IMG/VR virus record: IMGVR_UViG_2529293042_000032
Coordinates: 1-7,728 of that record
Strand: one strand, 5' to 3'
Origin: a virus
Taxonomy: Duplodnaviria; Heunggongvirae; Uroviricota; Caudoviricetes
DNA: 7,728 nucleotides
Both the position numbers and the translations under genes were made by a program. The notes beneath the pieces were generated by a model. The model saw only the letters and a program-made list of their open reading frames with translations, had not been told where the DNA came from and searched no databases. Position 1 is the first letter of the stretch. Each line of letters begins with the position of its first letter. Below, piece by piece: positions 1 to 5,974 of the stretch.

Positions 1-168
1 TCAAGCATTATGCAGGCTGTTTCTTTTTATCACCGGCCACAGCAATACCACAATGCCGCAGACCAGCACCCCATCCGCCAGCACCGACATGATTCTGCTG
101 GTGAAATCCACCATCACCACCAGAAACAGCAGGAGTGCAGCCACAGCCAGGCGCAGTTTTACCGTCAC
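1..168 (-). CDS. Small hydrophobic protein, 55 aa, two predicted transmembrane segments, function unknown
   Basis: Minus ORF GTG(168-166) to TGA(3-1): MTVKLRLAVAALLLFLVVMVDFTSRIMSVLADGVLVCGIVVLLWPVIKRNSLHNA. GGAGA Shine-Dalgarno 7 nt upstream. GTG overlaps the upstream TerB-like stop in a GTGA junction. Below the length cutoff of the ORF track. Window edge coincides with its stop codon. Confidence 0.55.
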   Translation of the reverse strand: MTVKLRLAVAALLLFLVVMVDFTSRIMSVLADGVLVCGIVVLLWPVIKRNSLHNA

Positions 169-596
169 AGGTGATTCTCCAGACGAAGACCCAGAACACC
201 GGCAATCTCTTCCAGCACCTTGCGCTCTTCCGGCTCAATTTCGCCGTCTGCCTCCGCAATGGCCACCGCCACATCCAGCACATCTTCCGCTTCACGCGTA
301 TCGTGTTTCACATCCTCAATCTCACGTAACGCCGCACGACGACCAGTTTTAAAGTTCGTATCCAGCTGACCGATAATGGTTGCGCTAATCGCATTAATTT
401 CTGACGTAAACGCGTACAGCGCAGGCTGATTACGCAGTACCTGTTCGATCTTCGCTTTCTCGGATGCCTCACATTCACCATCTGCACAGGCCACCAGGTA
501 TGCGGCGTTAATCACCACCTGTGCCAGATCGCGTTTTTCAAACTTTTTAATTTCCGTTGCCGCTCTGCGGGCTTTTTTACCAAAAATACCAAACAT
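165..596 (-). CDS. TerB-domain (tellurite-resistance TerB-like) protein, 143 aa
   Basis: ATG 596-594 with AGGA SD upstream, stop TGA 167-165. Two ADGE-x-E repeats (ACADGECEASEKAKIE and AEADGEIEPEERKVLEEI) typical of the TerB fold. The 215-aa version in the ORF track would read through the tRNA genes and is rejected. Confidence 0.8.
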   Translation of the reverse strand: MFGIFGKKARRAATEIKKFEKRDLAQVVINAAYLVACADGECEASEKAKIEQVLRNQPALYAFTSEINAISATIIGQLDTNFKTGRRAALREIEDVKHDTREAEDVLDVAVAIAEADGEIEPEERKVLEEIAGVLGLRLENHL

Positions 597-725
597 CGTG
601 ACGTTCCTTTGGGTGGGTGAGCCAACGCCCGGGAGCGATCTGCCCACAGAGAAAGTCACACTGACCACTCCGTAAGCTCCCCCCGAAAGGCTCTGTGGTT
701 GGTATGCGCCGGGCGTGGTGCGGAT

Positions 726-750
726 ACAAAAAAGGTCCGCCGAAGCGAGC
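726..750 (-). terminator. Candidate intrinsic terminator after the tRNA cluster
   Basis: Minus-strand RNA stem GCUCGC/GCGGAC (one mismatch, one G-U) with UUCG tetraloop followed by U6 (plus-strand A728-A733), 15 nt past the tRNA-Arg 3' end. Confidence 0.35.
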
Positions 751-764
751 GTGGAAAATAAGTG

Positions 765-840
765 TGGTGCGTTGTAGTGGGTCGAACCAGTGACCGATTG
801 CTTAGAAGGCAATTGCTCTGTCCGGCTGAGCTAACAACGC
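765..840 (-). tRNA. tRNA-Arg (anticodon UCU), T-arm non-canonical as read
   Basis: 76 nt manual cloverleaf: acceptor GCGTTGT/ACAACGC, D-stem GCTC/GAGC, anticodon stem ATTGC/GCAAT with loop CUUCUAA, CCA encoded. T-loop reads TTCGAC (6 nt, one short) in a CCC run. Confidence 0.65.
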
Positions 841-853
841 AGAATACCGATAA

Positions 854-929
854 TGGACCGCCATCGGGGACTCGCCCCCGCGCAACCAGCTTGTTATGGT
901 GTCGTTCTCTCCTGATGAGCTAATGGCGG
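854..929 (-). tRNA. tRNA-like sequence, degenerate (possible pseudo-tRNA)
   Basis: 76 nt lying between the two clear tRNAs. Perfect 7-bp acceptor stem CCGCCAT/ATGGCGG, T8-A9, GCTC D-stem start, encoded CCA. No convincing anticodon stem-loop; T-arm stem CGGGG/CCCCG with loop GCGAGT lacks TTC. Confidence 0.3.
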
Positions 930-936
930 TTTGTGA

Positions 937-1012
937 TGGTGGCCCTTGCTGGATTTGAACCAGCGGCCTGGCGATTATGAGTCGCTCGCTCTCACCACTG
1001 AGCTAAAGGGCC
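937..1012 (-). tRNA. tRNA with anticodon CAU (Ile2 lysidine-type likely; Met not excluded)
   Basis: 76 nt canonical cloverleaf: acceptor GGCCCTT/AAGGGCC, D-arm GCTC-AGTGGTGA-GAGC, anticodon loop CUCAUAA, T-arm GCTGG-TTCAAAT-CCAGC, CCA encoded. Resembles enterobacterial ileX-type tRNA from memory. Confidence 0.75.
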
Positions 1013-1021
1013 GGGAGCAGA

Positions 1022-1050
1022 ATAATAACGGTCCGTAATTAATTCCGCAA
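1022..1050 (-). promoter_or_regulatory. Candidate sigma70 promoter for the tRNA cluster
   Basis: Minus strand TTGCGG-N17-TATTAT ending about 10 nt upstream of the tRNA 5' end. The -35 is weak and overlaps the upstream terminator U-tract. Confidence 0.25.
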
Positions 1051-1074
1051 TAAAAAACCCGCTCAATGGCGGGT
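1049..1074 (-). terminator. Intrinsic terminator downstream of the Q-like gene (tR'-like)
   Basis: Minus-strand RNA hairpin ACCCGC-CAUUGA-GCGGGU followed by UUUUUAUU, about 80 nt after the Q-like stop codon. Confidence 0.6.
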
Positions 1075-1151
1075 TCTGGTAAAGTTCATGCGTTTGGTTC
1101 GCCTCGCGATACAGCTTTGCGAAGCTTACCGGAATTGAAGCAGTTTTTACG

Positions 1152-1718
1152 TCAAAAAGCAATAACTTTTTTCTCTATACCAAAAGCCATAACCATTGGT
1201 TTGTACAAAATAAATTCTGCCACCTTTAGCCAATGCTCAATGCGTCTTTCACAGGTTCTTAAACTCCATTCCGGATGTGCATCATTCAGCAATTCAGCCA
1301 TTTTGCGCTTAGTCATCCCCCGCCCCACATAACGCTGACTCAGAACATTGAGCAGCCCGGGATAACCTGCCAGTACTTCACCAATAACCCTATCGATTAT
1401 TAACGCCTCTGAATCGGTACAATGTGCCAGCCAGCTTTTTTGATTGCCGTTGATCATATCCCGCAAAAAAGCCTCAAGTTCAGGTTTGTCCAGACCCGCT
1501 TTTTTCATCCTCCGGAGCGCCTCGTTAATTGCCGTTTTTGTCAGCTTTTTAGAGGTCAGTAATTGGTTGAACATATTTCCCGTCTTACCGTCGCCAATAT
1601 ACGACCAACGCCCCCACATACGCAGTTTCCCCTGGATCCAGACACTTTCCAGCGTTTTCAGGCGTAAATGCTCACCGCTTTTGCCTGTAATTTCCGGGTA
1701 TATCATATTTATGCTCAC
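1152..1718 (-). CDS. Putative late-gene antiterminator Q-like protein, 188 aa
   Basis: GTG 1718-1716 (alternative ATG 1706-1704) to TGA 1154-1152. Sits directly after rusA and directly before a strong terminator and the tRNA cluster, the canonical Q slot. Assignment by synteny, not by search. Confidence 0.5.
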   Translation of the reverse strand: MSINMIYPEITGKSGEHLRLKTLESVWIQGKLRMWGRWSYIGDGKTGNMFNQLLTSKKLTKTAINEALRRMKKAGLDKPELEAFLRDMINGNQKSWLAHCTDSEALIIDRVIGEVLAGYPGLLNVLSQRYVGRGMTKRKMAELLNDAHPEWSLRTCERRIEHWLKVAEFILYKPMVMAFGIEKKVIAF

Positions 1719-2073
1719 TCACTTTCAATTTTGTAAATCTTCACGCCCAGCCGCCCACCAGAAACGAGCTAGCCGCGCACAATATTGATTTCATCAAACT
1801 GCTCGTCGTCTATGGGAAGTCCGGCATGCGTCAGCGCATCCAGTGGTGCTTTCAGGATATTGTCCAGGTCACGACGGCGCTTATCCGGTGGCTCTGCAAT
1901 AATCTTTATCGCCAGCCTTCCGGACAGGTTAATTTCAGCCGCTGCTGGCGAACAATAAGTGCCACATCCCGGCGATAACGCTCACCGGCTTTTGATACAA
2001 AATATGTGCTGCCACGACGTCGCCAGTAGGTGTTCACCGTCGGCGGGTAAGGCAAAACAAACTCTATACGCAT
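1715..2073 (-). pseudogene. rusA: RusA-like Holliday junction resolvase, disrupted by a frameshift and an in-frame TAG
   Basis: ATG 2073-2071 (GAGG SD) reads MRIEFVLPYPPTVNTYWRRRGSTYFVSKAGERYRRDVALIVRQQRLKLT then hits TAA 1908-1906. The RusA motif continues in another frame (GRLAIKIIAEPPDKRRRDLDNILKAPLDALTHAGLPIDDEQFDEINIVRG), meets TAG 1771-1769, then LVSGGRLGVKIYKIESE to TGA 1717-1715. Span is 359 nt, not a multiple of 3. Confidence 0.65.
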
Positions 2074-2085
2074 CAGTAACCTCTT

Positions 2086-3190
2086 TTACCCGAGCACGCC
2101 GGTTGCAAAGGCGTGATCAAGAAAACGAAAAATTAAATCAACCTGGGAACCATGCTTTTCTTCGAACGCCAGCGGATCCGCATGAAGCTCGTTGTGATGC
2201 TCCCGACACAGCGGTAGCGTGAAAATATCGTGGGATTTTGTTCCCATTCCGCCCTGACCATGACCAATCAGATGATGAGGATCGTCCGCTGGCCTTACCA
2301 CAACACGCACACGGCTGTGTCTTTACCCAGCGTGTGTATTTCTCATTTACCCAGCGGCGACGTTTAGGTCGTTTCATGAAGGATTCCGGAGACTCCGGAT
2401 CAACGGCAATGCTGACCACCGTCTTTTCCTGTGGTGGGTTCTGTTGCTGGTGGGTGTGAGGCGGTAGCGCAATATTTTTTGTGCGCTGCTTCAGTATGCT
2501 GGTGGCGGTCTGTTCTCCCGGTATGATGTCGCTTTCACGGTATACGGAGCGGATTTTTTCCGCCGGTAATCCCAGAGAGCGACGCGATACTGCCTCAGGT
2601 AATGCGTCCACCACCTGATTGCAGACTGCCCACCAGGATAATTCAGCCAGCGATAATTCCCGCTCCTGCGTGCCATTCATTACATGGCGTATGACGTCAA
2701 TCATCCAGGCTGTCAGATTTTGTTGAGTAAGTTGCTCAAGTGATTCGGAGGTCTGGTCGCGCAGCTGGTTGTCGCAGTGCCAGCACAACACCATTGCGCC
2801 AGCACCGTAACTGTGAATAACGGTTTCGCTGTGATGATAATCGCCGTGTGGCCACTGGCAGGATTTCACGTGACGTAATAACCAGTCAGACAGTGCACCA
2901 GCGCCGCCAGCTGCACGAATCACCCGCTCATCGCTGAAAAATGGCAGCAGTGATTTATCTTCCGCCAGCGGCTGGCGAACAGCAGGAACCGCTCCAGATG
3001 GCAGCGCCCGCATGTTTTTCGGTTCCGGCTCCACCAGCACCCTGCCGCGATGAAAAACTGGCAATGATTCACGACCGGGCTTAAGGACCACCAGCCCGAG
3101 TTCCGGAACCAGAACAGGTCGAAGTAATACCCGCACATTACCTCCAGACGCGCTGACGGTAGCAGGCATGTGTCCGTGGCAGATGTGCAC
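2086..3190 (-). pseudogene. YdfU/DUF968-like Cys/His-rich protein, apparently frameshifted in its C-terminal domain
   Basis: Long frame (GTG 3190 or ATG 3169) carries MKRPKRRRWVNEKYTRWVKTQPCACCGKA then low-complexity sequence to 2138. The conserved continuation DDPHHLIGHGQGGMGTKSHDIFTLPLCREHHNELHADPLAFEEKHG is in the +1 frame, ending TAA 2088-2086. Switch near 2290-2296 (GGCC run). Layout resembles E. coli Qin YdfU (about 350 aa) from memory. Confidence 0.45.
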
Positions 3191-3410
3191 GAACAGGAAG
3201 ATATACAGAAACGGTCCAGGTCAGACGATCAGCGTTCAGACTCCGCTCCACACGGACACCGCGACGCAGATACGCCTCTTGAAGCATATCTGCCTCATCG
3301 ATCGTACAGAACAGATAGTGAAACCAGCCATACTGAGGCGCACGAAAACGCCTCCCCTGCTTAATTTCCGGGTCGGCTTCAGAATTGTGGGATTTTATGT
3401 GTTGTGTCAT
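3138..3410 (-). CDS. Hypothetical protein, 90 aa
   Basis: ATG 3410-3408 with GGAG SD 6 nt upstream. Starts MTQHIKSHNSEADPEIKQGRRFRAPQYGWFHYLFCTIDEADMLQEAYLRRGVRVERSLNADRL. The last 30 residues look low-complexity. Overlaps the start of the next ORF. Confidence 0.4.
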   Translation of the reverse strand: MTQHIKSHNSEADPEIKQGRRFRAPQYGWFHYLFCTIDEADMLQEAYLRRGVRVERSLNADRLTWTVSVYLPVRAHLPRTHACYRQRVWR

Positions 3411-3459
3411 CGGATTCTCCGGTGACAGCAGGTGTCAGTTGTTCAGGCTGACTGCGCGA

Positions 3460-3488
3460 ATTGTAAGGCAATACGCCGGAATGTACAA
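3460..3488 (-). promoter_or_regulatory. Candidate sigma70 promoter (TTGTAC-N17-TACAAT) for the nin-like/Q operon
   Basis: Minus strand -35 TTGTAC (3488-3483) and -10 TACAAT (3465-3460) with 17-nt spacer, between the upstream terminator and the 3410 start. Confidence 0.3.
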
Positions 3489-3514
3489 ACAGAAAACCCG
3501 TCAGTAAGACGGGC
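3486..3514 (-). terminator. Intrinsic terminator after the YgiW-like gene
   Basis: Minus-strand RNA CCCGUC-UUACU-GACGGG followed by UUUUCUGUUUG, 18 nt past the stop at 3534-3532. Confidence 0.55.
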
Positions 3515-3531
3515 TTAACAAGCAGGGGCGG

Positions 3532-3876
3532 TTACTTTAATAATTTCAGTGCCTTTACATCAACTTCAACACTGCTCAGGTCTTTATCAATTTCACCCTC
3601 AATTCTTACTTTGTCTTTCGGAGAAACATTCTGACCGGCCCATATGCTGTCATCGATATCCGTGACAATTGTCCCGCTATTGTCACGAAACTCATAACGT
3701 TCATCACCCACTTTTTTAACGATGCTCCCTTCAAGGATAACCCATGCATCATCCTTCAGTTCTTTTGCCTGCGCTACTGTTGAACGCTCTGCTTCAGGCC
3801 CTTGGAAACCGCCCTGCTGTGCAAAAGCGCCAAAAGACACACCAGAAATAAGTGCTGCAATCAATACCTTTTTCAT
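3532..3876 (-). CDS. YgiW/YdeI (BOF) family OB-fold periplasmic protein with signal peptide, 114 aa
   Basis: ATG 3876-3874 with AGAGGA SD. N-terminal signal MKKVLIAALISGVSFGAFA. Family pattern QGGF.GP...STV.QAK.L.DD..V.L.G.IV.K..D..Y.F.D..G.I..DIDD..W present. Confidence 0.8.
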   Translation of the reverse strand: MKKVLIAALISGVSFGAFAQQGGFQGPEAERSTVAQAKELKDDAWVILEGSIVKKVGDERYEFRDNSGTIVTDIDDSIWAGQNVSPKDKVRIEGEIDKDLSSVEVDVKALKLLK

Positions 3877-3995
3877 TCATAGTCCTCTTTCAGAGATGAA
3901 CATTCAAACAGCATTTTCAGTATGGTAAAGCGCGGGTGCGTTGAGGATGCCTGACACATCAGAGGTGGCGGGAGATTACTCCCCCGCTTGGTCTC

Positions 3996-4151
3996 TTACT
4001 TCTCAGATTCGTAGTCTACGAAGACAGCGACCTCCGTCTGACCGGTTCGGATTCGCACCTCGCAGAGGTCTTTCCTCGTTACCAGTGCCGTCACTATGAC
4101 GGTTAAACAGATGACGATCAGGGCGATTAACATCGCCTTTTGCTGCTTCAT
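3996..4151 (-). CDS. hok: Hok/Gef family membrane toxin, 51 aa
   Basis: MKQQKAMLIALIVICLTVIVTALVTRKDLCEVRIRTGQTEVAVFVDYESEK with AAGGAG SD. Single TM segment followed by LTRKxLCE[IV]R...EVA.F..YES signature. An in-frame upstream ATG at 4208 would give 70 aa. Confidence 0.8.
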   Translation of the reverse strand: MKQQKAMLIALIVICLTVIVTALVTRKDLCEVRIRTGQTEVAVFVDYESEK

Positions 4152-4441
4152 AGCCTGCTTCTCCTTGCCTTTCGGCACGTAAGAGGCTAACCTACATGTG
4201 TTCAGCATGGATTGAGCCTCAGATTAATGTTAAGCGTCTTGCCGGACGCGTAATGTTAACTGGGGCTTTTCTCTATCTGCCGTTGGTGTTCATGCCCGAG
4301 GCAGATAGCCTCAAGCACCCGCAGCAATTCTACTTAACTCTCCTTTTCCCGCAAACCGTTTTTATCTCCAGCGACAAATCGAATACACAACCAGCACCAC
4401 CGCCATTACTGTTCCTACATTTGCGAATGCTTCAGGCCAGG

Positions 4442-4837
4442 TCATTGATTCACCTTCTGCTCAATATTTTTAAGGTCATTTTCCGCATACAGTATTGCAG
4501 TTCTTGCTGCCCGCAACCGTGCTTTGGTGTTCTTTTCTTCACGCTCGAGGCTGGCAACAGATTCTCGGAGCTGATCGTGTCTGTTATGAAGCTGTCTAAT
4601 CTCTCTCACCACAGCCTCACCATCGTTCGCACACCGCAGAACATACTGAAAAGGGTCCACAACACATCCGCACTGCAAGCACAGGATAACGTGATCCTGT
4701 TCATGAACCTCAATGGCCCGATGCTTACAGCTCTGTTGTGTGTAGTTTTTTCTGCCAGTTACTGTAATGTTCAGCAGCTTCTCTTCATCGCGCTTTGGCT
4801 GCACCAGTGTGATGATATTATCGCCTTCATTTTCCAT
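4442..4837 (-). CDS. Cys-rich zinc-ribbon-like protein with C-terminal coiled coil, 131 aa, function unknown
   Basis: ATG 4837-4835 with AGGAGG SD 7 nt upstream; start shares one base with the upstream TGA (TGATG). Cys cluster SCKH..ILCLQCGC..RCAN then heptad-like C-terminus. The 156-aa version in the track lacks an SD and overlaps the upstream gene. Confidence 0.55.
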   Translation of the reverse strand: MENEGDNIITLVQPKRDEEKLLNITVTGRKNYTQQSCKHRAIEVHEQDHVILCLQCGCVVDPFQYVLRCANDGEAVVREIRQLHNRHDQLRESVASLEREEKNTKARLRAARTAILYAENDLKNIEQKVNQ

Positions 4838-5736
4838 CAGTTCACCTCCTGCGGCGGTTCTGGTAGCGGCATCCAGTGTGACGGTTTCCACGACGCACCA
4901 GGAATTATCCACCCATCATTAGCGTCAGGATGCCCCGGGATGTAAGTCGCCCACTTCATTCGCCAGTCACCTTTCCTGTCAAACTCCACGGCAACAAGAA
5001 CGGCTGTTTTGGTATCCGGCATTCGCTCACTACAACTTATCCAACCATCCGGAGTTACCGGAGAGTTGCCAGACAGCGCATTCTGCAACCGTTCCAGCTT
5101 AACGTATTCCTGAACCCTGTTTCCGTCGCACGCCTGAAGCCATTGCTCAGCCTTTTGCGCATCAGTGTGAAAGGCACAAGTGCGACCGTCATCAAATTGC
5201 ATTTCGTAGAGGTTAGCAATCTGTTCAAACTGCGTGTGTGGCAACTTGTAAGTTTGGCTTACGAGTTCGGCTTCCAGTTCTGCTATGCGCTTCTCTGATG
5301 CTTCAAGTAACGCCTGCTTATCGCGTAGCGCTTCTTCCAGTTCAGCAACATGGCATTCACTATCAATAAGGTTGTTCTCTGCTGCTCCCAGCTCAACTCT
5401 CAGCTTCCCAACCGTAAGCGCAATCTCCTCGTTCTCCTGGTCGCGGCGTTTGATGTATTGCTGGTTTCTTTCCTGTTCATCCAGCAGTGCCAGCACGGTA
5501 GCCGGGTTAGCCTCTGCTATGAATTCAGCGTTTGCATAAGCCTGATCATCTGATTCAATCAGGCAGTTAACATGACATTCCGCAATCACGCCACCGGGTT
5601 CTCCTTTCCATTTTTGGCAAACAAAAACTCCTGTTAAATTGCCGTGCTGGTTAACAGATGTATGCCCTACGATGTAGCTTCCTTTAGTTGCTTTCTCTGC
5701 CTTTTCACGCAGTGCCTGATAATTAATTTCGCTCAC
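4837..5736 (-). CDS. Ea22-like N-terminal domain / DUF551-like C-terminal domain protein, 299 aa
   Basis: GTG 5736-5734 (AGAGAGG SD) overlapping the TraR stop in a GTGA junction. N-terminus MSEINYQALREKAEKATKGSY...NPATVLALLDE, central coiled coil, C-terminus DGWISCSERMPD...VLVAV...WMPLPEPP. Assigned from memory. Confidence 0.65.
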   Translation of the reverse strand: MSEINYQALREKAEKATKGSYIVGHTSVNQHGNLTGVFVCQKWKGEPGGVIAECHVNCLIESDDQAYANAEFIAEANPATVLALLDEQERNQQYIKRRDQENEEIALTVGKLRVELGAAENNLIDSECHVAELEEALRDKQALLEASEKRIAELEAELVSQTYKLPHTQFEQIANLYEMQFDDGRTCAFHTDAQKAEQWLQACDGNRVQEYVKLERLQNALSGNSPVTPDGWISCSERMPDTKTAVLVAVEFDRKGDWRMKWATYIPGHPDANDGWIIPGASWKPSHWMPLPEPPQEVN

Positions 5737-5954
5737 TTCGAACCTCTCTGTTTACTGATAAGCTCCAGATCCTCCTGGCAACTTGCACAAGTCCGACAAC
5801 CCTGAACGGCCAGGCGTCTTCGCTCATCTATGGGATCGCCACACTCGCAACAATGAGTAGCAGATGGGGCATTACTATCGGATTTGTATTTTTGCAGGGA
5901 GAGATTGCGCTGCAATTCTTCGATTTCAGCGGCGTTGTCGATGATATCTGCCAT
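5733..5954 (-). CDS. TraR/DksA-family C4 zinc-finger protein, 73 aa
   Basis: ATG 5954-5952 with AGGAAAGGA SD. Two CxxC pairs (CCECGDPI...CRTCASCQ) in the TraR arrangement. Confidence 0.8.
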   Translation of the reverse strand: MADIIDNAAEIEELQRNLSLQKYKSDSNAPSATHCCECGDPIDERRRLAVQGCRTCASCQEDLELISKQRGSK

Positions 5955-5974
5955 TTTCCTTTCCTTCAGGCATG

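Noticed and set aside
53-352. Plus-strand ORFs 53-352 and 135-329 and minus ORF 8-295
   Set aside because: Antisense or out-of-frame to the TerB-like and small membrane genes, Pro/Arg/Trp-rich, no SD; shadow ORFs.
165-812. 215-aa version of the TerB ORF as listed in the ORF track
   Set aside because: The N-terminal extension reads through the tRNA-Arg gene and the terminator. The true start is ATG 596 with its own SD.
1066-1788. Plus-strand ORFs 1066-1332 and 1444-1788
   Set aside because: Antisense to the Q-like gene, low-complexity translations; shadow ORFs.
2138-3190. 350-aa ORF taken as one intact protein
   Set aside because: Its last 50 or so codons (SGRSSSSDWSWSGRNGNK...) are low-complexity while the conserved Cys/His motif continues in another frame; treated as a frameshifted gene. 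ORFs 2491-2676 and 2920-3138 (minus) and 1959-2222, 2238-2459, 3168-3425, 3170-3364 (plus) are shadow frames.
3138-3410. Fusion of the 90-aa ORF with the downstream YdfU-like gene as one frameshifted protein
   Set aside because: In the 3140-3230 overlap none of the three frames looks protein-like and each gene has its own start, so two genes is the simpler reading.
3996-4208. 70-aa N-terminally extended Hok as the real product
   Set aside because: The internal ATG 4151 has a strong SD and gives the canonical 51-aa Hok. The upstream in-frame ATG may be a Mok-like leader frame but I cannot verify that from sequence alone.
4150-4260. Sok antisense RNA gene on the plus strand
   Set aside because: Only weak -35/-10 candidates and no hairpin followed by a U-tract could be found by eye; left as an open question.
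4442-4912. 156-aa start for the zinc-ribbon gene
   Set aside because: Would overlap 75 nt of the upstream gene and has no SD. ATG 4837 has a perfect AGGAGG SD and a stop/start overlap.
4196-4945. 249-aa plus-strand ORF
   Set aside because: Antisense to hok leader, zinc-ribbon and Ea22-like genes; translation is Leu/Phe/Cys-rich junk with no SD. Same for plus ORFs 3722-3928, 4930-5298, 5285-5539, 5350-5553, 5884-6189, 6200-6556 and minus ORF 6147-6329.
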